DNA of 64,000 bases from Octopus sinensis (GCF_006345805.1 NC_043001.1:103168001-103232000), one strand, 5' to 3'. Counted from the first letter of the stretch, positions 13,454 to 27,415 are shown. The notes: generated by a model from the sequence alone, not told the origin. Numbers and translations are program-made.

Positions 13454-13672
13454 TTACTTGGAATTCGATCGTGCTCTGTTGTTATAATTGTTATTCATGA
13501 GTTTCTGTAAGGTTTTGCGGTTATGGCCATTAGGGTCATGTCTGTTGGTGTGTTCTCTGGCTTCTTTCTTTGATCGACCTTTACCACTATGGCCAACATG
13601 GATGTATTGGTCACGGTACATGCTCATTACGTCGTATTCGTCCATGTAGTTCGCCACAAAGAAATCAGTCAT
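13454..13672 (-). CDS. NUPR1: Nuclear protein 1 (p8/NUPR1 family) stress-induced chromatin protein, 72 aa if unspliced
   Basis: MTDFFVANYMDEYDVMSMYRDQYIHVGHSGKGRSKKEAREHTNRHDPNGHNRKTLQKLMN matches the p8 signature (DEY...GHSGKxRxKxEA..HTNxxDPxGHxRK..xKLxN). Acceptor tgtgttttcag ends at 13714; ATG at 13672 has A at -3. Confidence 0.9.
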   Translation of the reverse strand: MTDFFVANYMDEYDVMSMYRDQYIHVGHSGKGRSKKEAREHTNRHDPNGHNRKTLQKLMNNNYNNRARSNSK

Positions 13673-14062
13673 CTTCAACTTTACCGATTCTTGACGCCGA
13701 TAGAATTAATAGCCTGAAAACACAAAGACAAAGGAGATTATTATTCGTTAAATCCGTTTAAAACGAAATGTGATAGTATTCAACCACTGTAGTAGTTGAA
13801 TGTATTCTTAAGCCCACCATTTTGTCAATCGCAGAAGCTCCCAAGCTTCGCCACTAATTCAGTTCTCAACCAAATTACAAACTGTTAACAGTTTTAAAGA
13901 GGGTACCTCCTCAGCTATATTTTGGTATAAATAGTTTGTGATTTGGCTTAATAGAAAAAAAGTTACATTAAAATGTCTGCGACCTCAAGGGGGGCAGTAA
14001 GGTACCTATTCATCTTCAATTAACATAATTTTTTTTTATTATTTTAAAATAAAAGTATACTT

Positions 14063-14137
14063 TTCTTGACGCCGATAGAATTAATAGCCTGAAAGCACAA
14101 AGACAAAGGGGATTATTATTTGTTAATTTCGTTTAAA
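14063..14137 (-). repeat. 75-bp duplicate of the NUPR1 exon-2 acceptor region (copy of 13688-13762)
   Basis: TTCTTGACGCCGATAGAATTAATAGCCTGAAA.CACAAAGACAAAGG.GATTATTATT.GTTAA repeated at an offset of 375 bp. Confidence 0.9.
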
Positions 14138-14138
14138 C

Positions 14139-14830
14139 CAGGGGTCGCCAAACCCTTTTCGACCATCAACCCCCTTTAGCCACTTTTCCTTCTGCATCAA
14201 CCACCCTCCTCATTTAAAATACCTTAATACCCTACCCTACCGTACCATATCTTAAATGCGTACCGGGTACTGATGCTGGCAATTAAAATGTTAGCTAAAA
14301 TATACAGGTACGACAAATGAAGAACTTCTATTGAAGATGACACACTTTTTACGTTGAAAACTTCGTGTTTGAGTATACAGTATTAAACTTTCGATTCTTA
14401 CGAAATTGTTTTCACGGTTAGAAAATGTGAAAAACGCATCAAATTGCTGGAATATCTTTTATTGAAATTGACAACATCAATGTGAGGGATGAGGATGGTG
14501 ATCCTGAATCAAGGCATTGATATCCGGCTGAATGTTGGTCAGTTTCAGTCTGAAATCGCCTCGTTCCTCCGGCTTCAGTCGATTTCTCTGTTTGCTGAGG
14601 ATTGCGTTTGCATGGCTAAAGCCAGCTTCCACCATGTAAGAGCTAGGAAATGCCAGAAGCAATGGCTCAGCTGCCGCTTCTAACGTGTGGGTACCTTTCA
14701 CTTGTTTTCTTATTGTACCAAAAATCTCTCTGACTTCTGATCTCAAAAAAGGCTTTCGCCACAATATCGACGCTCAAATCATCAAGTTCGGTGATAGAGA
14801 GACAACCGCAGCATGAAGGACGGCGTAGCA
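14139..14830 (-). mobile_element. hAT (Charlie/Buster-type) transposon 3' remnant
   Basis: TIR CAGGGGTCGCCAAAC at 14139. ORF 14477-14764 ends LLLAFPSSYMVEAGFS...KQRNRL...DFRLKLTNIQPDI...HPSH*, the hAT C-terminal dimerisation region. Confidence 0.8.
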
Positions 14831-14863
14831 TTCAAGTGATCAACATTCCCGCTTCACAAATCC

Positions 14864-15045
14864 TATTTCTTTACTACTCACAAGGGGCTAAACACAGAGG
14901 GGACAAACAAGGACAGACAAACGGATTAAGTCGATTACATCGACCCCAGTGCGTAACTGGTACTTATTTAATCGATCCCGAAAGGATGAAAGGCAAAGTC
15001 GATCTCGGCGGAATTTGAACTCAGAACGTAACGGCAGACGAAATA
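14864..15045 (-). mobile_element. SINE family A copy
   Basis: Reverse complement of the family A body. Confidence 0.9.
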
Positions 15046-18000
15046 CCTATTTCTTTACTACTCACAGGAACCAATATTTTGTTGTGATGGTGTAGATTTA
15101 AGTATATCGATCTTAGCATATTATCGATACGTTCCTATTGATCGCAGATCGATGAAAGGCGAAGATTAGTTACCTCAGTGATATTATAGATAATCCCAAA
15201 TTAGTCGACCGGTCATATTGGTGTTTAGTACCAATTTGAGATACGGGATCTCTAAGTGGGGTAGCGAGAAGTCACCTGACATACTAGGGATAATAAGTAA
15301 ATGTCTCGTCAATACGTTGGATGATCACGCCTGGAACGCTTTGATTGAACGGCTCTGAGAAATCGAGCACAACACTACTAACACGATCGTAACACAACCA
15401 TTGTTGAGAAACTGCCTTTCGCTCTTTGAAATATGAGCTCAGTAATTACCCACCTGGATTGTATGAGCATATGGAGGTGAAGAGAGGATGTTTACTTCTT
15501 GAGAGTGATCAGGTAACATAGAGTCGAAGAGTGTGCGTGTGTGTGGGTAGAGAGAGAGAAAGAGAGAGAGAGAGGGGCTGGGAAGGTAGAGCGATGTAAT
15601 GAGGTTGGGGTACGGAATGATGGGGGTGGGGTTGTTAGTTGAAGAACTCTGAAAGTTGTTGGGGAAGTTTACTACTACTACTACTACTGCTACTGCTGCT
15701 GCTGCTACTGCTGCTGTTGCTTCTATAGCAGAAAACTATTTTGTTGTTTATCGTCGCAAAACGTAAACAAATTCTTTCCAAGGATTATATTTCAAAACTG
15801 CTTGTCAACAAACTTTGCTAATTTCATCGAGTGAGCCATAAACCAGAACTAATGTTAATATCACAACTAATATCCATCTGAGATCAAAATCTTGTTTTGC
15901 TTCTCAGTTGAAGTTATGCTGTTACACTTTGTCTTCTCTCAAAATAGTTTTTTTTACCTAATTTAACACTAGCATTTAATACTGGCCATGCCTAGCTCAA
16001 ATATTGTACCCGTTCAAATTTGCCAGATCCAGCCTCTCATACCTACCCTACAAAGTCACTCTAAAAATATACACTCGGATCATTGAAATCTCAAAGCTAT
16101 GAGATAAGGCTTGATTAATTCAATCCAATTTGAAAAAATAAGCATTATGTTTGACAAAGTGACTTGAATGCTAAAGAGTTAAAGAAACCATCACAGTTTA
16201 AAGAAATGTCGGAGAGAAAGTTGAGTTTTGGGAATTATGCTTAAAGTAAATTTTGATTCTCGGTCAGAGAATCAGTTTAGTTCTGTTTCGATTCCCGTTC
16301 GGAATAATTATTTTTTTTATTACATTTTACCTTACTGATGCCCTTAGTAAAAGGGTCATCGATGTCACAAGTCACCATTTCGCGAATACAGACACTATGA
16401 GAGAAATGGTTAGGAATTGATAATGAGACAGAGAGATGGTGCTGATCAACACTGCAAAAGATGCAATGAGCAGTCTAAAGTCTTTCTCCTTTTCTCAAAT
16501 TGTTCTCATTCTTCCTTGTTCATTGCATTAAGATACCAACAAACTTCCAGAATCCTTATAGCTACCTTTTCTTATTCAAAATGCCTTTGCAAGCAGTATT
16601 CTTGCCTATTAATTTCCCATAAATGCCACCCCCTTTGCTTCCACTCTACCGATTCACGACAAAGCAGCCAAAATTCCCTTCCCCCAGAGCCATCTGTTGT
16701 TTAAAAGATTCTATAATATTCTTCATAATTAAATGAGGACGTTAAACGACGACAATGATGAATTGTATAAAAAAAGAAATTGTTAAAATATTTGTGTTGT
16801 TGAAATGTAACCAATTTATGGCCCACAAATTTTAACAACAAAATATAGAGGCCGAAGCGTCACGTGGACCTTGGTTGAGAACCACTGGTCCTTTTATAAT
16901 TCCATACAAGGCACAAGCATGGCTCTTCATTAACAAGTTGACCATAGACATGCTGTGGGGCAGGTGTTAAACAGACCAAGACTGAAGGAAACCCCAATAC
17001 AACATTTACAGGTAAACGCTGATTATACGAAAACAAAAAAGTTGTTTTCTTAAAACGGCAAGTTTATCAACATAGCTGCCAATTAGAGAAAGGTAATTTC
17101 TTTAAAATGAGTCATCTAGTTTACAGTCCGTTTGTGTGCCTCCTTTAGGGTGAAATTTCCTACGACAAATTTTCCCACAGCGAAAATATTTACGGCGAAT
17201 GTTCCGGACACGATAAACGTTATAACCAACTTGCCCACGTTTTTACGCCCCCGCCTTCTCTCTTTAATGGAACTGCAAAGGTCCTTACCTCGCTGTGCTA
17301 TTCCATCCCGATTCACCGACCTCTCCTATTAGCACTCTTATTTCCTCGCCACTCCCTTATTACTGATACCCGCCACACCTATTCCACCCGGCTCTCTCAT
17401 TTCCTCATTGCCATTAAATCTGGTTCCCAAAGCCCCACATCGACCATTTCACCCGATCCTTAATTCTCCTCCATTCGACACTTCCGATTCTGGCCACATA
17501 TTCAAATACTCACAAACACACGCGCATGTGTATGTAGGTGTAAATGTGTTTCTACATATTTATACACATATACAAATATATGTGACTAAATGAAATGTGT
17601 GTGTGTGTGTGTATCTCTCTCTCCACAAACACACTTTTCAAAATATGTAAACACAAACACACATTCACCCGAAGAACCTGAAATAAAAGTGAAATAAAGC
17701 GTACGGGATGTTGCATCTAATGCTAAATATCTTTTATATTTTAATCGAAAAAATCTGGTTTGGAATTTTGAAAAATGAATAAGAAAAAGCCAGCGTAGAC
17801 AAGACAAAGAATTCAAATGAATTTAGAATGAATTCAATAATAACCTAAACGGCTTCTAAATTTGAAAATTATCTTGGATTAGGGGCGCGAATTATCTTTC
17901 TTCAAGTAATGTATAACGACTAATGAATGGCGAAATAAATTGACCGAGTTGCAATTAATTACGATGCAATCAACGCCTGCTTCTCCACAAAATCTTTTAG

Positions 18001-18618
18001 ATTTGTGCCTTGAAAGTAGGAGGATTCATTTCATAATATTTCGAAATAAACGCCAAATCGTGAATGTTTCTCAGTTACCATAGGAACGGTAGAGTACTGC
18101 AGACAGTCGAATAAAGTCCTTTCAATGATTCCTGAAAATTAGGAATTAGGAATCGGTCCTGGAACTCAAAAGAATAAACAGACAGTAAGATGCCGTTACT
18201 TATATTTTGGTGCACACACGCACAAACGTGTGTACAAACATATATACATATATAGGTACACACACACACACACACACATGTATGTATGTATGTAAGTATG
18301 TATGTATGTATGTATGTATGTATGTATGTATATATATTATGTATGTATGTATATATATGTACGTATGTATGTGTGTATGTATGTATGCGTGCGTGTGTGT
18401 GTGTCTGTATTTGTCCTCACATTCGTTTGACAAACGATGTTGGTGTGTATACATCCCCGTAACTTAGCGGTTCGGCAAAAGAATCCAATAAAATAAGTAC
18501 TAGGCTTGCAAAAAATAAGTCCTGGGATCGATTTGCTCGATTAAAGGCGGTGCTCCAGGATGGTCGCAGAAAAACGACAGAAACAAGTAAAGAATAAACG
18601 AATATATATATATATATA

Positions 18619-19029
18619 GGCACAGGAGTGGCTGTGTGGTAAGTAGCTTGCCTACCAACCACATGGTTCTGGGTTCAGTCCCACTGCGTGGCATCTTGGA
18701 CAAGTGTCTTCTGCTATAACCTCGGGCCGACCAATGCCTTGTGAGTGGATTTGGTAGACGGAAACTGAAAGAAGCCTGTCGTATATATGTATATATATGT
18801 ATGTATGTGTATGTATATGTTTGTGTGTCTGTGTTTGTCCCTCTAGCATTGCTTGACAACCGATGCTGGTGTGTTTACGTCCCCGTCACTTAGCGGTTCG
18901 GCAAAAGAGACCGATAGAATAAGTACTGGGCTTACAAAGAATAAGTCCCGGGGTCGATTTGCTCGACTAAAGGCGGTGCTCCAGCATGGCCGCAGTCAAA
19001 TGACTGAAACAAGTAAAAGAGTAAAAGAG
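18619..19029 (+). mobile_element. Full-length tRNA-derived SINE family B (3' half copy at 18395-18600)
   Basis: TGGCTGTGTGG A-box, GGTTCAGTCCC B-box, internal TA/TG tract, tail GCTCCAGCATGGCCGCAGTCAAATGACTGAAACAAGTAAAAGAG. Other copies near 21202-21340, 25045-25410(-), 25640-26020(-), 39770-39860, 42245-42585(-), 45920-46290(-), 58740-58900. Confidence 0.9.
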
Positions 19030-19060
<31 letters not shown>

Positions 19061-19588
19061 ATGAAACCATGGGCACAGGCTTGAGGCTGGCCTTATAGTT
19101 GAGTTAGCTTCGCAACCACGTGGTTTCCTCTTGGTGTGTTTTGACCGAGTGTCGTCTGCTTCAGCCTTCAGCCGACCAATGCGTTCAAAGTGAAAATGTA
19201 TATTCTATTATTCTTTTATTCTTTTACTTATCTCAGTCATTTGACTGTGGCCATGCTGGAGTACCGCCTTTTAACCGCACAAATGGACTAGAAAGACCCT
19301 GGGGCTATAAACAAAAGTAGCAAAGTCCCCTCTGGGTCAGTGACATTTAGGTGGCAAATATACTTCACGATTCCGTGCCTGCTACTTTTTACGTCTCGCT
19401 CAGAGATTTCTTATTGCTTATAATATATATATATATACACACACACACAAACATATATTCACATAAACGTTTATATACACTTCATACTGAAGAAGCGCGG
19501 AGGAACGGTTAGAGAGATATATAAGAATTATTTCTTATAAACCAGCGACGGTGTCAACGAATTCCTGCCTATCAAACTGGAACGTATT

Positions 19589-19627
<39 letters not shown>

Positions 19628-19651
19628 AGAGAAAGCTAGAGACAGAAAGAT

Positions 19652-19699
<48 letters not shown>

Positions 19700-19764
19700 G
19701 GAGAGAGAGAGAAAGATTTGAAGAGAAAGCTAGAGACAGAAAGATAAAGAGAGAGAGAGAGAAG

Positions 19765-19797
<33 letters not shown>

Positions 19798-19870
19798 AGA
19801 ATGAGTCGTAGAAAAACGAATGCGCAGAGGAAAATGAAAAAAAAAAAAAAAAAAAGAAAGAAATACTCAC

Positions 19871-19982
19871 CACAACAAAGAATGAGTGGAAGAAAGTCGT
19901 TTGTTTACGGTTTTGACGGTTTTTACTTTTCGCTGAAAAGCTCGGCGGCAAATCTCTTCTTGTCTGTCAAGTGCTTTCTCTA
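19871..19982 (-). other. NUPR1: Probable non-coding exon 1 of NUPR1
   Basis: Unique sequence about 30 nt downstream of a TATA box, ending at a strong donor GTG|GTGAGT (19870-19865), no ATG inside, same strand as the acceptor at 13714. Confidence 0.6.
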
Positions 19983-20230
19983 ACGTTTGCTCCGCTTTTT
20001 AATATTTATATATATATAGCAATACTTGTTGTAGGTGGGGCTTAGAACGGAGCCACTTGTGTGTGTGTGTGTGTTTAAATAAGTGTTCGTGCCCCGCATC
20101 CATTCTAACACGTGCGCGCACACACGCAAATCTCTCACTGCAACTCTCAGCCACTTGAAGGGGTTGGTGGCTTTTTGTTGATGTCGTAACAGCCACGTGG
20201 ATAGCTGTGACTCATGATAAAGTTGACAGT
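19983..20230 (-). promoter_or_regulatory. Putative NUPR1 core and proximal promoter
   Basis: TATAAATA (20010-20003), E-boxes CACGTG (near 20110 and 20194-20199), AP-1 site TGACTCA (20208-20214), flanked by long GA/CT tracts (19590-19800, 20275-20630). Confidence 0.55.
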
Positions 20231-20393
20231 CAGACACTCATAACATAACACACACACACACACACACACAGACACACTCTCTCTCTCTCTTTTTATCTCT
20301 CTCGGTCTCTTCTCTCTCCTTTTCTCTCGCTCTCTCTTTGCATCTCTCTCTCTCTCTCTTTGCATCTCTCTCTCTCTATCTATCTATCTTTCC

Positions 20394-20469
<76 letters not shown>

Positions 20470-20600
20470 ATCTATCTATCTATCATTCTATCTATCTATC
20501 AGCATTCCTCCCTCTTTCTCTCTCTACCTATTTATCTGTCTGACTGTCTTTTTGTTAGTCTGTTTCTCTCTCCTCCCCCTCTCTTCCTCCTCCCTCTCCC

Positions 20601-20655
<55 letters not shown>

Positions 20656-21716
20656 CATACATAGATACATATAGACATCTGTCTGTCTATCTGTCTATCT
20701 TTCCCTCCTCTCGCTATCCCCCTCTCACTTTCTCATCCTCTCTCTCCCTCTCTTTCCCCTTCTCTCTCTCTGTATGTGTCTGATTGCTGTCTCCGAAAGT
20801 GGCTTCTTGCCATTAATCATTATATTTATTCTCACCTATTTTTAATCTTATCCCCCTCCCCAACCTCACCACCCCACCAACAATTTTTACTTCGTCATTT
20901 AGTTATAATCCTCTAAACCTCAAATATTTCTATTATTATTAACCCAGATATCCACGTCTCGATTTTATTCAAGGTGAAGGTAACCATTTGCAAAATTTTC
21001 TCCTTACAGTTTTAGCCGTAACCCTAGCCTTGACCCTTGTAACATAACTTTCCAACTAACCGCTGCTGCTATCCACCACACCTCCTGAGTAAGCAAACAC
21101 CGTTTTGAATGTGGTTAATAACTCAAGGATTTCTCTGCCTTAGAGTATTCAGAAATATTTAGGTTATTCGATAAAACATCATCTCACATTCTCTATGTAA
21201 AGCGCAGGAATGGCTGTGTGGTAAGAAGCTTGCTTACCAACCACATGATTCTGGGTTCAGTCCCACTGCGTGGCACCTTGGGAATATGTCTTCTACTATA
21301 GTCGCGGGCCAGTGCATCGAATAAGGGAGTAGAAAAGCCTTGAAAACCTGCTCATGAATTTTCAAATGTCTGCCAGGCACCGATTTGATTTCAGTGATGT
21401 GCAGGCGTAGATATGGAACTCCACGACAGTGGGTCATCCAGATCATATCTAGATAGAATGTTTGTGCGGTCAGTGGATAGGAAAAGTGTAGGGTGTCGAC
21501 AGTTGCTGCAGAAGTCAACAAATTTGTAACCTAACTGTTCAACTTAGAGAGGACCCACATACTGGGACTCGGGTCAACTTAGAGAGGACCCAGAGACTGG
21601 GACTCGTGATTACTGAAATTTGATTGTGTAGTTATTGTATGCAAAGACTATAGGGAAGCGAGTTCAGAGAATTATATAAGCAACAATCATCAACAACCGG
21701 CAGAGATGCATCCTGT

Positions 21717-22060
21717 GTGCACGGACAGGATGCCGAATGCACTTTTGCCGAAGGACAAAAAGTTGGATCCAAGAAGCCGAATGGGCACAATGCCGGACGG
21801 ACACACACACAAAAAAAAATCCTGGTTATATAGTTTAATGGCCGTTTTAGTCTGTCAAATGGTCAAATTGTTGGAATAAAATGATTATCATATATTTTAA
21901 TTTTCGTATGTCCGTTCGGCTTTATGTCCGTTCGACATTGTGTTCGTTCGGCTTTATGGCCGTTCGACATTGTGTCCTTTCGGCATTTTGTCCGTTCGGC
22001 TTCTTGGCTTCGGCTTGTTGTCCTTTGACAAAAGTGCATTCGGCATCGCGTCCGTGTACC
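21717..22060. mobile_element. MITE with ~40-bp imperfect TIRs and subterminal short repeats
   Basis: GTGCACGGACAGGATGCCGAATGCACTTTTGCCGAAGGACAA is inverted relative to TTGTCCTTTGACAAAAGTGCATTCGGCATCGCGTCCGTGTAC; repeated TGTCCGTTCGGC units. Confidence 0.7.
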
Positions 22061-22189
22061 GCATCCTGAAGTGGGCAATTAGATCAGAATCAACGTTTAG
22101 CAAAGAGCTAGCGATTGAGGTAGGTGGTGGTGGTGGGGACTAGTTGAAGGGGTGATTAATAAAGGCATAACAAGCAACATGTTTGCGGA

Positions 22190-22970
22190 ACGGTTGGCCT
22201 TTGACTGTTTCTTCAGTACAAATGTCGTGGACTGCGTTGTCAGAACTAAAGCCACTTTTCTAAAATTTGACAAAAGCTGGCAACGAAATCCCAGTCAGAT
22301 CTTTGACAGATCGACAATTCTTGACCAGTGCATGCTACATGATTTCAAACAGATGTGTTCGGTTTTCCGACACCACTTCATGCAACTGTTCGGCGTAGGC
22401 GGTTGGTGGAGGACAAGAACATTAATGCTTACTTCAGTAGCCTGTCACAATTCTCGGAAGAATACGCGAGGTTCTGCGTGAAGCTGACAACTGCAGTTGA
22501 AATACGGAAGGCAATGAACAGTTGCACATGGCACAAAGCGCACGGTTTGGATGTTTTTTTTAATTTTGCGAATTCATGCCAGAGTTGTTTCTTGAACCCG
22601 GGGCAGCAGAACGGGAGAATTTCTAGCGCTGTGAGCCCGGAAAAGACGCCGATAAAGAGTACAGGGAGACGATACATAACTCTGCCAAACACAGATTTTA
22701 AGATTTTAGTCAAGGTGTTAGCAAAAGGGTTGACGGTTATCGTCAGCGATCTGGTTGGGTAAACGCAAACGTTTCACGATCAATGCAGGTCCATTCAACC
22801 TTCACGTAATGCAAACGGTTGAGAACAAAGATGGCTTTGAATGGGTCCTGATCAATTTCGATCAGTCAAAAGCTTTTGATTGAGTCAACCTTGTTTCCAA
22901 GAAACAAGGTTAGCCCAATTGAGTTTGGATCCGCATTCGAACGCGGGATCGCTGCAATGCTCAACGTCAC
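22190..22970 (+). pseudogene. Degraded Tx1/L1-like ORF2 fragment (start of the RT domain)
   Basis: EIRKAMNSCTWHKAHGLD, RYITLPNTDFKILVKVLAKGL, INFDQSKAFD. Confidence 0.75.
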
Positions 22971-23949
22971 CTGCTCTGTAGTTTTGTTATTGTTAAAATG
23001 ATGCATGCTTTTTTATCGGCAAGGGTTTCGATTTTATCTGTTTATTTTCGCGCACTGCTCGTTGTGTATGGTCACTGTTACCATTACAGCCAATGCAACA
23101 TGGTGTCTGTGAATTATGAACTGTTCAAAGTTCCTCGCCGTGCTTTGTGTATGTCCTTAGGCAAATTGTGATGCTGTTTGAGTTATCGTGAAATCAGTCT
23201 TGGCAGTTTCTCCTCTTAGAGTCAACGAACTGAGCTGCTATTTCGTGGAGCGCAGAATTGATACAGATCTACTGCTGTTTCATGGTGTGTACTGATTGTA
23301 AACAAAAATTCAGCAGCTTTAGTTTCTCAGTTAGGCGATGTCAATACTAAATTCTTTTGCTTTTGTGATTACCAGACTGTTGCAGTTCAGTTTCTCCATG
23401 TTGGTCTTTTGCGGTCTCAAAACAATCCGATGCAATTTCATATGGATGACGATCACAATCGTTCGATGTCAGTCCGGTAAATCTCTTAGGCATCTCTCAG
23501 AGCACGGACCATCTTTGATGTCACCCATATCTCACAATAATGAAATCAATGTTATATTAATGTCTAGAGTGAAGATGCATTTCACGAGGTCATATTTTGC
23601 TTCCCATGGAAGAAGGTTTTGCTTATATTAAATAGTCATTGGTAGTTACTGTCAAAATCCTGGCTAAGAGATCGGCATCACCACCGACTTAATATTATCT
23701 AAATCGCTGGGTGAATTTATGAATGATAAGAGCAGATCAGCTACTCGGCAGTTCCAGAAAAATACCATGAACTAAATGAAAGCCTATTGATGGTTTTTTT
23801 TTCAACCTCTTCAGTGCACACATGATTGCTTAAACCCTGCTGTTCTGTGATGTCCTTCTCAAGTCTAGCTGTCTCAATAAATTTCTTGGGGTCTTTCCGT
23901 GGTTATACGATGGAATGACTCCTTCGTTGAATAGAAGATAGAAGTCCGA

Positions 23950-24210
23950 ATTCTCTACTTACAGAGGACAGACGTGGGTATATGATTGCACCAGTCCCCT
24001 TTATCTTATTCCTTACTAAATCTATCCCCCTGTGTGTCACCGGACTTCTCCCCAAAGAAACTGAAGGTGGCATCAACGCAGCTGTAGATTTCAAAGAAGA
24101 TGCGAATCTCTTCAACATCAGAATGCGGATTTTGGAGCTGCAATTTGCAGACGACTACGCACGTATGATCTATATTCAGCAGGATGTTCAGACTGTCATT
24201 GAAATTGCAG
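23950..24210 (+). pseudogene. RTE-like LINE RT fragment
   Basis: GYMIAPVPFILFL...ILELQFADD, degenerate RT motifs B and C. Confidence 0.6.
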
Positions 24211-25256
24211 AGTGAGTGTACAACAGGAGGTGTATGACTAACGACTCCACAACAAAAAGGTGTCACCGTTCTGTCTACTTGCTTTTGCGTGTTTCAATGA
24301 CTGCAGTCATCATATTTAAATTTTGGAGCATTGAACTGTTCCGCTGCCCCCTACGCACCCTGAGAATAACCAGTCATAACATTTACCCCACAATTAAATA
24401 TTTGTAGATATCAAGTGTGGAAACAACGAGGTCATTGAACCCTGAGTATCAGCCGTAATAACTGGGGCAAGTGATAAGGATGCCTCTGTATCAGACGCCT
24501 TGTGGAATAGAATGCTACCAATTACAAAGAACACACAAGCGATATGAAGATAAACAGAAGCTTTGAGGAAGAACAAAATTAAACTAAAGTCCTGAAGGCT
24601 GAGCGGTTACTGCACAGGAATGGAGTTCTTGTGCGAACCAGGAGATATGCAGCCATATTGGTCATGATTACGAGCGACCTGACTGTCACATATACGTGCC
24701 TCACATGTAACGTAGCTTGAAGATCCACGCAGTTTTGCCATTAATGATCTCATCAGTTCAAGAATGAACATCGTCGTCTTTAGGTTTCGGTAAACAATCA
24801 GGAACCAAGGAGCTTATAGAAAAAATCTAGACTTTTGTTTCCATTCCTGGTTAAGAGTCTAGGAAACAATCATCCTCATACATACATACACTCATACATA
24901 CATACACATATACGTACGTACATATATAGATTTATAGATATATACACACATACTCACACATAAATACATACGTACGTACATATATAGATACATAGCTACA
25001 TACATACAAATAAATACACATACATACATACGTACATACATGCATACCTTTTATTTGTTTTAGTCATTAGACTGTGGCCATGCTGGAGCACCACTTTGAA
25101 GACCTTTTAGTCGAACGAATTGGCCCCATTACTTAATCTTTTAAACCCTGGTACTTATTCTATCGGTCTATTTTGCCGAACCGCAAATTTATGCATCCGT
25201 AAACGTAAGCACGAAGGGGATTACACACTCACGCGCGCGTGCACACACACACACAC

Positions 25257-25295
<39 letters not shown>

Positions 25296-25507
25296 GACGG
25301 GCTTCTTTCAGTTTTCTCCAACCAAATCCACTCGCAAGATACTTGCCCAAGCTGTCAGGCAGTGGGATTGAACCCGAGGCCATTCGGCTGGGAAGCAAGC
25401 TTCTTATCCCCCCCCCACGCACTCATGTGTATGCATGTATGTATGTGTGTATGTATGTATGTATGTATGTATGTATGTACGTACGTATGTATGTATGTAT
25501 GTATGTA

Positions 25508-25560
<53 letters not shown>

Positions 25561-25829
25561 GTGTATGTATGTGTGTATGTAGGTGGCTATAGGTGTGGAT
25601 GTGAGTATGTTTGCGTGTTTCTACGTATTTAGATTATTATTCTCTTACTCTTTTGACTGCGGCCATGCTGGAGCACCGCCTTTTGTCGAAGAAACCGATC
25701 CCACGCATTCTTTGTAAGCCTGGTGCTTACATTCTATTGGGCTGTTTTGCCGAACCGCTAATTTACGGGGACGTAAAAACACCCACCTCGGTTGTCAAGC
25801 GATGGTGGGGGGTCAAACAGAGAAGCACG

Positions 25830-25860
<31 letters not shown>

Positions 25861-25875
25861 ACACACACAGACACA

Positions 25876-25919
<44 letters not shown>

Positions 25920-26689
25920 TATATAGATACTCACAAGGCTTTGGTCGGCCCGAGGCTATAGTAGAAGACACTTGCCTAAGGTGCCATGCAGTGGGACTGA
26001 ACCCGGAACCATGTGGTTAGTATGTGTAGATTCTGCGTAGCGTTACGTCTCGGTTACAGTAATTTTAAATGCCTTGGTCACAGACACAACACGGCGCAAT
26101 GAGCCATCAAACTTCTGGTTGTTGTTTAGCGAATCCGCCTCATCTGCACTCCATCCATAACAAATACCATTACACTCTCTGTTACTGCATTAGAACTGTT
26201 ACCATCCTTATACTAACCTCATAATGATACTTATTATGTTTGGAAGTTGGGGAATCGTTCACTGTTTACATTAATTAATGGATAAATTATACAAAAAAAA
26301 ACTGACTAAACCGGGAATCGAAACCGGGCTGCTGGTTCGTCTTATTTCGTATCGAGGAGCCGAGTTACAGTTTATTTAATTGTGTGCACTTTATTTACAT
26401 ATTTACAGTAAACAAAAATAACTGAAATTCCATGAAAGGGGATCAATAATTTATCATTGGGTATCGATTCCTGGAATATGTCATCAGCCGTGGCTTCGCA
26501 ACAGCTGGCTGTTTGAAGGACAAGCAATAACATAACATAACACGGCGACAATTCTACATTGTAAACAACCACGGCCTCTGTGTGTGTGTGTGTGATAGGA
26601 TATGATGAGACAAGGACAATGTCAATGACTCATAATTTAATTTGGTTCAAAAGCATTTCTAACGATAATTGGCACACCTACACAAAACG

Positions 26690-27415
26690 GCCCCCGATCT
26701 TGTTTCCTCATAACTTCCAGAAAACCAAATATTTTCTAATAAAATTTTCTACAAATACTCTCCAGATGATGTAGATTTCAATTGCATCGAAATTTATTAT
26801 GAACACTTCTTCCAGGAGTTGGGAGTGGAGTTTCGGAAAAATCACACGTGTTAGATTTGTTTCCTTGTAACTTTCGGAAAAATACGTGTTTTAATGAAAT
26901 TTTCTCTAAATATCTTTCAGAATGTATAAATTACAATTATTTCGGAGCTTAATATGGAAAAAATTTAGTAGTTTTGCACACATACATAATGATACACACC
27001 ACATTATATATCTACAAAATAAAACTAGAAATTTCGAAAATAAATTGTGATATGTGTCAGTGTGTACATATGTGTTCTCATCATTTTTGCTTTTTCATAT
27101 TATATTCCGATATACGAGGGGGTGCCGAAAAGTTCCCAGCTTTGAGTGAAAGAAAATACACGAAGATCAATTAATTATGATTTTATTCAAAATATTCCTC
27201 TCTCAGATTCACAACTTTATTGCAGAGGTCCTTCAGTTTTTCTAGGCCCAGTAAAATAATTCGGAATATTGGGCCTCTTTCCCGATACCCTTAAAACCAG
27301 GAACCTTTCAGCACTTCCTCGTAATCGTAATCTACATCATTTGAAAGATATTTGTTGAAAATTTTCATTAAAACAAACCCGTTTTTCTGAAAGTTATGAG
27401 GAAACAAATTTGGTG
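26690..27415. mobile_element. Fold-back/MITE with long imperfect inverted repeats, hosting a nested mariner MITE
   Basis: TTGTTTCCTCATAACTTCCAGAAAA...GATGATGTAGATT (26700-26777) is inverted at 27329-27408. Confidence 0.55.
27115..27321. mobile_element. Tc1/mariner-type MITE
   Basis: TA|CGAGGGGGTGCCGAAAAGTTCC ... GGAACCTTTCAGCACTTCCTCG|TA: TIRs with a TA target duplication. Confidence 0.8.
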
